Shown here: positions 38,430 through 50,958 of the stretch, in pieces | Layout: every line of letters starts with the position of its first letter | How positions within the stretch are numbered: position 1 is the stretch's first letter | Source: Basidiobolus meristosporus CBS 931.73 | Lineage: Eukaryota > Fungi > Basidiobolomycota | DNA length: 64,000 nt | Assembly: GCA_002104905.1 (NCBI GenBank) | Contig: MCFE01000060.1 | Coordinates: 1 to 64,000, forward strand | Reading direction: 5' to 3' | Notes under the pieces: model-generated | The model's database searches: none | Told to the model about the DNA's origin: nothing | The model's input: the letters and a program-made list of their open reading frames with translations, nothing else | Made by a program: the position numbers and the translations under genes

Positions 38430-40400
38430 ATTGAAACTTCAGTTGAACCTCAATTGTATTGACCTATACAAGTCCCAATACCCTACACTAACATTAAGCC
38501 CAACCCCACACTTAACAAGTAACTCCATTAAAATCCACCACTCAATAAGTATTTCTGCTGTAATGATCTGTTTCCAAGACTTTGGTGGGAACCCTACAGC
38601 ATTATGCCATATTTCTTCCACTGGGTCCAATAAATCTTGGAATTCAGCCAGCACTGCAAGGTCTAGCACCTCCTCTGCCAGTCTTGGCTATAACCCTTGC
38701 GATATTCAAGTGTGTTTTCTTGAGCACTGCTTTTGAAGAAGTGCTGCTACCTCTTGATGTGCCTATTAATGCTTCAAATTCCACTGAGTGCATTTTTATA
38801 ACCTTCTGAGTTCTTAACATTGTTACTTTGTCTGCTGGTGGGATCTCCAATGTTTCAACAATGGGGGATATGGAGGCTGTGGCAGACAGATTGCCTTTCA
38901 CTGCAAACTCATCTACCTCATTGGAGTGTAGATCAATTGGCTGCACTTCCAATTCTTGTGAAAACAGCTGTTTCTGTGTTAGTAATTCTTCTTTGCTATG
39001 AAAGGATTCAGTCTGTCCTGGGGTTATAGTGTTAAATAGCAAGAACTGCAGCTTTCTTCTCATGCTTCCCTGTCTCTGGCTTGGGTAGGATTTTTCCCCT
39101 TTACCTATTCCTTTAACACTGCCAGGTCCTTCACTGCTACTTTGTTTGAGTGCTTCTTGTATTGAGCTGTGTTTTCTCCTTGATCAATGTTGCTCTGATG
39201 CATCTGTTTTGGCCTGCTTGTCCCTTGATGGCACTCTGCAGGCAACCTGATGCTTATTTCCTGCTTGTTTCAAGCTCTCAGCCCATGTTGTAATGGGTTC
39301 CTGAGGTAACCACTGGCTTTTATCACGGCCAGATCCTTGACTGCTCCATTGACTGAGTGATTTTGGGTTAAACTACTCCTTACCTTAATAAATATTGTGT
39401 AGCTGCATCTGTGTCTGCCTGCTTTTCCCCTATTGGCACTCTTCCAGCTATTTGATGTCTCTTTGATGCTTCTTTGGAGCTTTTGGCCCTGCTTGTAGCA
39501 GGCTCTTGAGGAAGCCACTGGTTTTTAGCCATTGTACCCTTGTTCAACTGCCTTTGATAGTTTTGGCCATTCTTGAGATACTTACTTAGTATACCCATGC
39601 TGGCTCAAACTCTACTTGCTTGTTTGAGTCCAGGATCATGCTCAAGGAGCAAGTAAAGTGCCCTCTACTTGGCTTTGAGTTCCTGATGGTCCCATGTTAT
39701 GCTGGCCTTAAGGTGTTTGTGTGCTAGACTTCTAACAGCCTCTTGAATACTAGCACACTCTTCATCAGTGCACTCAATGGCTTCATGGATATTCAATGAC
39801 TTTTAATTTTTAGGGTTTATTTTCTCCCACCCATGCTGTGATAGGTTTCTCTGCGGACATTATCTCTGAGCACTGTTGTTGTGCTTCAAGGACTGCACAA
39901 TACTCCTGTGCTGTTACATTGGGAAATGACTCAATTCTTTGCAGTGACATTGAGCTACTTGAGTTCCTTCTTTGCAGCAAAGATACCACTGTCTCTACCC
40001 AGGATATTGATTGCCCCATACTGTTCATCTGCTAATCCTGTTTCTGTACTCTTTCCTGATTTCTATGGGCCATTGCATCTATCCTATCAGCCACTGCATC
40101 TAATTGCTTTGTTAATGCTTTGGTAGGAGCAGATGATATACTTGCCAATACAGGTGGTGGTGATGTTATGACAGCCACTTGCTGGTCTTCAACTGTGGGT
40201 ACTGCTTTTGCTACATACTCATCTGCATCAGCATCATGGTCAGCCTGCAGCTCAGCAGATATTCCCAATTGCTTACTTGACTCAGAGCCTGAGAAGTCCT
40301 CATTATTACCTTCAAACTGCTTTTGCTACATTTGTATCTGCCTCAGCAATATGGTAAGCTTGCAACTCCACAAAGATTCCCAATTGCCTACTTGACTGAG
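38430..40400 (-). mobile_element. Internally deleted gypsy-like derivative (gag-like coiled coil, protease-like segment, integrase tail); related fragments at ~50300-50560, 51800-52335 and 53150-53640
   Basis: FEALIGTSRGSSTSS (decayed DTG motif) is followed closely by PRFIGP (GPY/F-like). There is clear nucleotide similarity to the listed fragments. Confidence 0.5.
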
Positions 40401-40779
40401 AGCCTGAGGAGTCTGCATTATTCCCTTCAGTGGGCACACTGTCCACAGGGCCTTTTTTGGTTATAGCCCTGCTTGTTGCACTGAATGTCACAGCAAGCTA
40501 TTGTCAAACCATTCTTGTGTTGTTGTCAGTGGTTGGGTTTGGTTGGGAACTAGACAACTTTGCTTTATTTTTTGGTGTCATATATATAGAAGTAAGTCAC
40601 ACCAAAGAGGAAATGGTGTTACATATACATGTGTATGTGGTGCCACAACTTTATTGATAATGCTTTATATTGCAGATCATCATTGAATCTTATGTTCATG
40701 TAGGTACAATGTCTTAAATACAGACTCTCTTAAATTCACTTGAGTGTTGACAAGAATATGATACAATAATGATGCATTA

Positions 40780-41965
40780 TTGAGTGTCAAACTGTTTGCC
40801 CCATGGACAAGACTACTTGGATTCAATGCCATAAGAGAAGAGAAAAAAGACTGTGCAACTATTGTAGCAAGCCTCTCAGCCATGAAGCATGCAGAAAGCA
40901 TAGGAAGTATTACAAGGATCACAGTGGGTGTTTTGCCACACAAGTCATATTTGCCCATTCATCAGTCACTACTCTACCAACCATACCTCACTGACTACTT
41001 GATACCTCTATAATGGTCCCAGGCTGTACTTTTCACATTGAGAAAATTAAGTCAGGCAAGTTTGTGACACCTTGAGGCTTATCCTAGCCTTCTGAATATG
41101 GCACACATAGTAATAACTCTTAAGAAGCAGGCTCACTAATGGATTTTGAGCCTATCTCCCCTTACAATAGTATCCTACATGAGCCCAGCAAAATTGCAAT
41201 ATGCAATGAGTCAACATCTGTAGAAAAAATGCTAAGGATACTTTGTGGGGTCAAGTAAGCCCAGTAATCTATCTACTGGTTAATGATGTGATGTTGTGGC
41301 TAGAGAAGTGGCACATTTCCACTCATATCAGTAATGGGGGCTTTGAGGACTTACAATACTTCTTGCCAAAATCATCCTAGAATGCTACTCATCATGTACA
41401 TGGTATAAGTGGGCAACCACCATGTGGCTGGCAGCATGTGACCAAGAGACTATGCTGAAACCAGCATGTGGTAACAGTTGCATGGCATTCACATCAGACA
41501 ATGCCACCATTGTAAGGTGTCCAACCTCTCAGGAATCCACCACCATTGGGGAAAACATTGTTCACACTCCAGATATTTTCTGGCAATACCCCATCTTAAG
41601 AAGCTCATGCAGTCTGACAAATATTGAGAAGCTATCTATTACAGCACTCAGTATCAGTCAAGCTCAAACATATACAATACAATTGATGGCAAACATTACA
41701 TACAGCTAAGATGCAAGGTCTACTTAGAAGGTGTGTACAACCATACCTTTGCCTTGGCAAGACATGGATTATCATTAGACAAGTATACTACCAGCAAATC
41801 ATGCAGGCCACTGATTCTCATCAACATGAATCTGCCACCTATCTTACAGTATTGGAGCAGAAATGTGATGGTAATCACACAGGTATCTGGGCCTAAGTTT
41901 CTATCCATCCTGGATAGCTACCTGTATCCATTGCTGAGTGAGCTTTGTATGCTTTCCAGTACAAT
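40780..41965 (+). mobile_element. CACTA/En-Spm (Transposase_21-like) transposase remnant
   Basis: N-terminal CNYCSKPLSHEACRKH; CGNSCMAFT...RCP; and SCRPLILINMNLPP..Y...N......GPKFLSILDSYLYPLLSEL, matching the Tnp2 consensus S.WP....NLPP......GP..P..D.YL.PL..EL. Confidence 0.7.
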
Positions 41966-41984
41966 AACAGTAAGTGGCATAATG

Positions 41985-42644
41985 ATGGGATACATGGCAA
42001 TTGATGGAGACTCAATCATAATGCATGGAAAACCAGATAAATAAAGTGATTGCACCAATTAATTAAAATTACCTCAGCCCAATCACCTACCAATCTTAAT
42101 ATGACTTAGTATTCTGAGTAGTCTTTTCTCATCAATCCCATCACTAGCACTGGATTTCCTTTTGCCACACTAGAGGAGATGTATACCAAATATTGTGGAC
42201 CATCTAGCCCAATCTACTCAAGGCAATCCCTTGTTAAGATTCTTTGCTTTTACAAGAACTATTGCCCTACAAGGTTTCATCCCACCATCCATGGCAACAA
42301 AAGTCCTAGAAGCATTCATTCCCAGAGTGTTCAGCAACAGGTTCCATATAAGGAGTATTTTGGATACCTTCCCAATCAGGATTAATGGACCTTCTAGAAG
42401 GCAGATGCACTTTGATTCTGGCAAGTATAAAGCACACTGTGTGAAGTTTCAGGCACTGTCTGATATTGAGGGGATCATTGTCTGGTTTTGTGTGCCATAT
42501 GCTGGAAGTAGGCATGACAAAGCACTCTGGGTAGCGAATCATCCAGAATTCAGAATTGCAAAGACATTGATGGTAGACTTAGCTTTTATAGAAGAGGATT
42601 GTCCAAGATTAGGATGTATTACAGCTTATAGGAAGCCAGGATAG
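41985..42644 (+). mobile_element. Truncated PIF/Harbinger-like DDE transposase copy with an internal deletion
   Basis: ILDTFPIRIN, KYKAHCVKFQALSD, GSRHDKAL and MVDLAF. It lacks a segment present in the other copies, joined at a CCCAG microhomology (~42325). Confidence 0.85.
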
Positions 42645-42777
42645 AGTAAAATCACAGTAACAATAGCCTACTACTGGTATTAGGGTAGAAATTATAGTGC
42701 CAGTGGTAGGATATAGTCACTGGTAATTTTATTTAATCTGACTTATGTTGCTCAGAGCAGTGCCTTCCTTGCTTTAT

Positions 42778-45700
42778 TTACTCTTCATAATGCTCCAGAC
42801 ACATTTCTCTCAGTGGATATCTTCTTGTATGGGTATACAGTGCATTAATAAGTATCATAACTATTTTACCTATTTTGCTGTTTTCTCCTATATATGACTT
42901 TCCTCTGTATTCACCAGCCAATATGCTGAATCTCTTTGGATATCCAAATGTATGCTCTACCCTCACTCTGAAATGATTGAATATCTCATTGTAGAGCATC
43001 TGCTTCCTGCTAAGCACACCATTCCTTGGCTTCCTATATGCTGTAATACATCCTAATCTCTGACAATCCTCTCCTATATAAGCTAAGTCAGCCATACATT
43101 CCTCCCCTCAATTGAATTCTGGGCAATTTTCTACCCAGAGTGCTTTGTCATGCCTACTGCCAGCAAATGGCCCACTAAGCCAGATGATGTTACCCTCAAT
43201 GTCAGACAGTGCTTGAAATTTCACACAGTGTGCCTTGTACTTGCCAGAATAAAAGTGCCTCTGCCCTCTAGAAGGTCTGTTAATCCTGATTGGGAAGATA
43301 TCCAAAATACCACTTATATGGAGCCTGTTGCTGAACACTCTGGGATATGGAACTCTATGGGAGCTTCTGAATGTTGTTTTCCAAGCTTGCTCTAAGTCAT
43401 TCATATCCTCTGCAAGGTGGTTGTACACTGCTGTCAGCTGGGAATGAAAGCCTCTAGGACTTTTGTTGCCATGGATAGTGGGATGAAACCTTGTGGGGCA
43501 ATAGTGCTTGCAATAGCGGAGAAGCTTAACAAGGGATCTCCTTGGGTAGATTGAGGTAGATGGTCCAGAGTACTTAGTATAGATCTCCTCTAGTGTGTAA
43601 AAAGGAAATCCAGTTGTAGTGATGGGATTGATGAGAAAGGACTATTCAGATGAGTAAGTCATATTAAATTTGGTAGGTGATTGGGCTGAGGCATATTGAT
43701 TCAATTTGGCACAATCTACTCTATTCATCTAATTTTCCATGCATTATGATTGAGTCACCATCAATTGCCATGTATCCCATCTTTATGTTGTAAGAATCAT
43801 CCTGAAACAACAACTTGGTATTTTTGTTGATGCTTTACCCACAAGTCTAAAATCAAATAGGAAATTTGCAATTGATGGGATCTAATCCATGTCAATGCAA
43901 TCCAAGATGCATCATGCATAATACATGGAAAACTCAATAATCACATTAGTTTTCATATATACATCATATAAGACCAGGTTGATGCCAATACACTAATGTA
44001 TAAGTATCCAAGTCTGTTGCTATGGTCCCTATAACAAGTCTCAACTCATCTTTGGTACAACCCAGACAAAACCCATCCCCCAGCTTACTAGTGTGGTCCA
44101 GACTGGAGAAGTCAATGTTGGATCTGTTTGAGTTCTTGCCAAATGATTTTTGTATTGCCCAAGTATTTATGATGAGCCTTCATACAGATATTTTGGCACT
44201 ACTCATTAATCTAGTAGAACTAGATACCTCAGAAAGTCAGCAGCGATGAAAGAACCTGAGTAGAAAGCTGTGGCAAGAGTTTTACATCAAGATGCCAGCA
44301 GATGTATGTAAGAAGATATATAACAAGACATGTGTTGAAATCAAGAATGAGCAGAGAGTGAGGGGATTTGATGAGGAAGCCAAGCAGGATCAATTTTGCG
44401 TGCAATTTGCACAGTATAGGCCAGACACATCTGTTTGGGTCTCAACCCTGGGAACCAAAGAGATTTTGAATGAGTTTTTGCCTCATATGACTAATGTGTT
44501 ACATGATATACTGATAGAGCTAAGTGGCTTCCAAGAGCAATATACACAGGACTCATTCAGGCAACAGTTCCAAAGTATCAGACAGAGGGTAAGTGAATTC
44601 ATTGAGGAATCAGAAGGTGAACTTCAAGAGGAAGAATACAGACTGCAAGCAACATTGTCTAGATCATGCTGAATTCCTTACTGTCCCTTGCAACTTCAGC
44701 ACACAGGCGCAAGTCAGTCCAAACTACACCAACACCCTTCACAACAGCACCCTGCTTCAAGTCAATATGGGCCAAATTGCATCAACAAGCAGCATCACAT
44801 CAAACTCAGCCAAGGGCCATTCCAGCACATTAAGTTGTACCTGTATGTGCCATAACACCTGACCATCAGCAAGTTTCTTCTGGTTAGCTGACTGATGATG
44901 ACCCATATGAAGTGCCTCCACCACCAGAGCCTTTTGCAAGTAAAAGAACACATCACGGTGTAACACTGCAGGCCAGCTCAGCAGCATCATTGGGAGCAAT
45001 TAAGCACAGCCAAGCTGCAGCATTGCACTCATCAACTATGAGGCAAAATACTGACTACAAATACACAAGTAGCCAAGATGATAGTCAACAAGCAAGTAGT
45101 TTAGGTGTGCAAAGTGAATCACTACCAAATAATTCAGTAGTAATCCCTGTGAGAAAAAAACCTAGGAGAAGATGATGCAATAGCTTTGAATTGCTATTAT
45201 TTGTCATAATCCAAACAACTCACTTTTTTTGCAATCCAACTTGAACCACCGTAAGTCAGTGATCACTAAATTTTTGATATAAGTAATGCCAAGGTTGTTA
45301 CACATCTGAGACAGAACCCCTATAAATAAACACCCTGCACATATATACTTCATCTGCAACACCAGTGTAGCCATTTGATCTGTCTTGCATCTATTTGATT
45401 GGTAGTGTGCTAGCTATGACACCTTGTCCAATCACTAGGATCAGGGATTTACATGTTCAATGGGCAAAATGGGATATATGACGGCAAATCAGGTAGCTTG
45501 TGTATTGATCAAAGAGGCAATTGGGGGCTGACAGCTTTAGAATACTTTTGAACCAACTAGCCGCTGAGATACCATCCAATTGGAGTGATGGTAACCAAAG
45601 GGTAAGTATCAGTGTAGTTTATTGTGTGATACATGTTTATTTCCATTTACATTAAAGAAATATATCCAAGTACTGGATCTCACCTACCATAATAGTGGGA

Positions 45701-45916
45701 TTCAAATTTGCACATGATGCAAACATTACAAGTTAGTGCAATCATCTGTGCCAACCTCATTGTGTCAGATTGTGCCATAGTGTGCAAGATTGTCCCACAT
45801 GGTGCAAAATTGTCCAAGAGTAATCCTACCTACTGGTAGCTATAATATTACACCTGATTGTTCTGAGAGACTGCAGATCACACCACACACCCTGGCACTG
45901 TACAATGGAACAAGTC
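42778..45916 (-). mobile_element. Two-gene PIF/Harbinger-like (PHIS) DNA transposon, copy A: transposase (-, ~43660-42778), divergent ORF2 (+, 44022-~45170), terminus at 45916
   Basis: DDE_Tnp_4-type motifs ILDIFP, GSRHD, MADLAY and RVRVEHTFG.PKRF. It ends ...GTACAATGGAACAAGTC|TAA and is collinear (inverted) with 61531-64000. Confidence 0.85.
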
Positions 45917-46599
45917 TAATATCGGCATTGGGGATAGTCCAGCTATCAACATTATAGCAAGCCTTTCTGGGCACAATGGACAGATTTTCTGTCAAATATG
46001 TGAGATCCAGGAGACTTGCTCCATAGCCCATACACATTACCCTATGAAAAATCTCAAACTTGGAATTCATCTGATTTTTAGCTGGTATTCTGCTGGTATT
46101 CTAATGGTATTTTACTGGTATTCAGCTGGTGTTTTGGGTTGGAGATTTCAATTGCAATTTTTGAAGGAAGTAATGGGCAGCAAATGACCAAATTTGGTAT
46201 GGATACTATTTTGTCTAATCTGCTCCTAGAGAACTTGTTTGCTTGCCTACCTATCTGCTAAGAACAGATATATTGAGAGTGGTTGATTTTGACAAGCTTG
46301 GAATTCAGCTGATACTATGATGGTATTTTACTGGCCATTTCCCAATTTCTTTTCTAAGGGATTAATAGAACTGTTCTATTGGATAGTGCAACATTTAGCC
46401 ATGAGTGCCAAATAGTGCCATTGAATGCCAGAGAGGCATAGAAGACCCAAACTTGGCCTCAGAGTGTGAAACATAGCTCTGCATCTTTATGCAAAGCAGC
46501 CCCTGTGTTTCACCCATCTTGTTGGAGAAAATCCATTTTCTGACCTTTTTGTTTGGATCAATGTTTTGCAGGATGTGTAAGAGCATGTAAAGTTTGAAA

Positions 46600-47900
46600 C
46601 AAGTTTGGTAATCAAAAATTCAAATATCAAACATCAAATATCAAATTTAAAATTTAAACATCAAATATCAAAAATCAAATATTAAATTTAAAACTTTTTA
46701 AAAAAATTTAAATATATAATACAAAAATATAACTTGCCTAATTTATAGTATAATGTATAAATTATATATCATAAGTGGATGGCTTATTAAATCTCTGATC
46801 TTTTTGGCATTCCATTTATTAATTGTAACCCAAATCCTATCTGATATATTATGTTCTTTAATAATATCAACAAATGGATCTACAGATGAGCAATACGTTT
46901 GTGTTATTTCATTCCATATAAATTCTTGCGTTTCTTCAACCTCAAAATGTGTAGACAGACTGTTATTAAGTTTTTCTACAAAAGTTTGCAAAAGCACCAA
47001 TATAACAGCCAAATCTATCTTTTTCAAAGACATTAAACTTCTTCCACATGGATCCATTCTTCTATCTTTATCAAAACCTCTTTGCATATATTTCACTTCA
47101 ATGTGCATATAATTATCTAATATATCTATAACAATCAAACAATGAAAACTTAGAAATGTCACATTTTAAATTATCAAACCTGACAGTAAAAACCTCCATT
47201 ATTTTTTTCTTGTCCTCTCCATCTAAATACGCCTACTTACCATTCCTAAACACTCTGGTTTTACCGCTAAGCTTTTTAGGGAATAAGTTTAGATGCACAA
47301 TATGCAACTTCTTCTCTATAACACATAATATAATTTTACGTATTATGACTATCTTTATACCAAAATAACCATAACAGCACAATTAATTCATATTGTTTAT
47401 GTATTAATGCAGATTCCAAAAATAAAATCTTATCTTTAATATGTTACATGGCCCGTATAATTCCAAGAGGATCCTTGCCAGTATATTTGTTTAACTCATC
47501 CCATCCTAAATATTCAACCTTGCTCTCAAAAATATCTTTTGGTTGAGAAGGAGTTTCCCAAGTTAATGCTCCGCAAACATATTCAAATGTTAAAAGTAGA
47601 TCAGACATAAGATATACAATATCACCAGAGATTCTAAGAAATTTATTGGAATGGATTCTGTTATCATTGGATGTAATAAGATTGTAAATAGCTTCCATAA
47701 AAATAATTTTGTTAATATTAGAAGCCTTTAAGACATCAGACAGAAACAACCAGGTTTTGTCTTTAAATATTAGCTGTATCTTCTGGACAAATAAATCAAT
47801 ATACTTATCCACATAATATAAAACAAGGTGACAGAAATATTAGCAGAAAAGTTCTGGTCTAATATTGGTTTTGTATATAGTTGAGTTGGGCTATAAAGGC
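46600..47900 (-). other. AT-rich island with broken coding-like frames of unknown origin
   Basis: 17/60 G+C in line 46861-46920. It retains CpGs, unlike its flanks. ORFs at 47444-47812 and 46743-47162; low-complexity AAATATC/AAACATC repeats at 46610-46730. Confidence 0.55.
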
Positions 47901-48439
47901 AACAGAGTTGGTTTGCTATACAGGCTAGGCTTGGTGTTCTTGGGAATACTAGATGTGCTAGGCTTGGGTGGAAACTAGAACAGAATTGTTATATTCTTAA
48001 TTTTGCTGAGGCACAATTTTTAATTTTGTTGAGACATGCACTAAACCAAAAGGTTCAGTAAACTTTATTTATACTTTTCTGATTAAGTTGCATTAGTAAG
48101 CACCAAGACACTGGACTAATTGAAATCTGCTGGGGTGTTGATAGGTGCATAAGATAAATAAAAAGTTGCATCATTAATCAGCTGATGTCTTGGCAACTGC
48201 CAAGTGGTTGGATAAGTCTCAGATGACTAATCACTTGGAAAGGCTTAGCAGATCAGTTGAGGATGTATTGACCACATGAAAATTGATCAGGTGTGACAGC
48301 TAAAAATAGAATCTGAGAAGTGATAAAATAAACTGTAACAGGGATAAGTTATGTTTGGGTTTGGGAAAATCAGTTAGGGCACTAGATTTCAAACAGAATG
48401 AAATTGGCCAAGTTTTAAATGTTGATGCACAACAGTGCT

Positions 48440-49830
48440 GCATTTCCAGGTAAGCTTCCAATGTCTTTGTCATAAAGTTTACTACTCTATTGGATAGAAT
48501 CTCTATAGGGCATCCAAGCTTGCACCTTCTTGTTCACTGGCTACAGGTACTGCTTTAGCCACTGGCCATTTGATGGCATGGTCAAATGCCACTAGGATCC
48601 ACCGTTGCATTTCCTGGTAGTTGACAGTCTTCCAATAAAGTCAATTCCCCAACATTGAAATGGTCTTACTAGCTCCAAGGGAAAGAGCTTGGCAATTCTC
48701 TGTGGTTGGCCTTGGTTGGTTTGGGAATTTGGGCATGTTTTCACAAGCTTTTAATGCCTTGTTTCATTCTGGGCCGCCATGCTCTGGCTTTTACAAGGCT
48801 ATTGGTTCCTTCAATTCCAAGATGTCCATATCCATTGTGTAGTATATATATTAAATCTAGGCAAGCAACATAAGGGTAATAGGCAATAGGGCTTCCATCA
48901 ACAATCTGGTAGAGTGTTTCATACTGTACCACAAACTTGCTGGCTTCATCCCAGATTATCTTCTTGATCTCTTCATCCACCTCATTAGGAATAGCTTGGT
49001 CCTCCAAGTACTTTGGTAATAGGCTAGGCCAATTTGATTCATGCACCAAGTTGAGTTGTGCAACATGTTCTAATCTTGATAAGGAATCAGCAACAGTGTT
49101 GTTTTTCCCAGGGCAGTAGACAATCTCCAAGTCAAATTGCTGAATGTATTCACTCCTTCTTATCATTCTTCTAGAGAGTACCACTTGAGTAAATATATAC
49201 ACAAGCTATATCCCACTTGTGGGTATTGTCTTTCTTGAGGATATCAGTTAAAGGGGCTGCAGTACTGGCAAAGGACTTGACAAATCATCAATAGTAGGAA
49301 ATCATTCCAAGGAATGATCTAAGCACTGCTACACTATGGGGCTGCTTCAGATTCTTGATAACTTCAACCTTCTTAGGGTCTAAAGTCACTCCTTTGCTAG
49401 TCACTATGTGCATCAGATATTCAATGTGTTCCTTGAAGAATTCACACTTTGCTAGCTTGCCATATAGCTTGTTTTCTCTTAGCTTCTTCAAGACCTTTTC
49501 AAGGTGCACTACATGATCCTCTTCCAAAAACTCATGACTAAGTACTTGTGATGTCCATATTTACTCCTGAATGCTGTCTTGGGGATGTCTTCTGGCTTCA
49601 CCTTAATCTGGTTGTATCCTGACATGAAGTCAATCTTGCTAAATATAGTGGCTCCATTGAGTTGGTCCAAAAGCTCATTGATCCAAGGTATGGGGTACTT
49701 GTTCTTCATGGTAACTGAGTTGAGGGTTCTGTAGTCAATGCACATCCTAAGTGTTCCATCCTTCTTCTTCACAAAGAGTACTGTTGCTCCACAAGGTGAC
49801 TTGCTGGGTCTGATATATCCTATTGGCATT
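48440..49830 (-). mobile_element. Internally deleted Ty3/gypsy pol copy, same family as 54697-59604
   Basis: [31 protein letters not shown]. It jumps over the YLDD region and over most of RNase H, then continues into the integrase region (WILVAFDHAIKWPVAK). Confidence 0.9.
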
Positions 49831-50590
49831 AAATCTTGGGTTGTAAATCAATTATTGCTTGCATGGATCTAAACAGACTACTACACCCAGCACCAACATT
49901 GAGCCATTTGTTTTAACCTTCCTGTCCCAACCAGTGCTATACCAGCCACTCAATACCTCTTTGCTTGCTTTTAGCAATTGCACCCTGGTATTTTATCCTT
50001 CATATTTTCCGCAACTCTTATTAAATTTTAGTAGCACATCAGTGATAGCCCAAAGCTCATATGTGCTCTTGAATCTGGGATATAGCTCATGAACCAGGTC
50101 AGGCACATTCCGCTTGCCCTTAGATTCCTGATGGTCCTAAAGTTTGCTGGCTATGATGAGAGGGTGTACTAGAAATCTTATGACTTCTCAAACAGTGGCC
50201 CACTCATCATCATGAGTCACAGCAGCTTGGTAGAACTTCAACATCTCTTGAGTTTCAGATCTTGATAAATATGGAGCAGTCTGTCTAGCCCATTCTGCAA
50301 CTGGCTCTTGTTAACTTTATCTTTGGGCCATATTCTAGTGCTTCAAGGACTGTATTATGTTCCTCTGTAGTAATATTAGGAAATGATACAATGCAGAATC
50401 ATGACACTAAGCTACTTGAGCTCCTTTGCTGCAAAGATACTGCACTCTTTGTCTTGTACATTGATTGCCCTATAATTGTCATCCAATCAACCTATCTCTG
50501 GAGAACTTCTTAGCTTCTCTTGGACATTGCATCTATCCCATTAGCCACTGCACCTAAGGGGTCATAGATACTTTCAAGTGAGTGGAGAGC

Positions 50591-50958
50591 TGTTATGATC
50601 TGCCGCTTGAATGTTTAAGTTAGATCAGTTTTTAGACAAATCAATTAGTATATGTTTAGGTTATCAGTATATCAGTATTATCTATGAAATCAGTAGCATT
50701 AGTCAGCAAATGAATCAGCAGATCCTTATCAGACAGAAATAGATATATTAAGTAGGATCTTATTGGGTGATGATGATGCAATCAAATGAGTCATCAGCCA
50801 CAACCTACATTAGGAAATACAATTAGTCAGCAATTGATCTGGCAAAATGTATATAAGGAGCTGCTGGAACCTCAATAAAAATCAGTTTGAGTTTTAGTGA
50901 ATACAATACTAGCTAAACTCCCTATTCCTCTACAACTCTTATACCAAGACTTGTAACA
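50591..50958 (+). repeat. Solo LTR (368 bp) of the 54697-59604 gypsy family
   Basis: TGTTATGATCTGCC...CCAAGACTTGTAACA, nearly identical to the LTRs at 54697 and 59237. Confidence 0.97.

Noticed and set aside
46610-46730. Short repeats considered as a CRISPR-like or telomeric array
   Set aside because: Irregular low-complexity A/T-rich units with no spacers and no fixed period.
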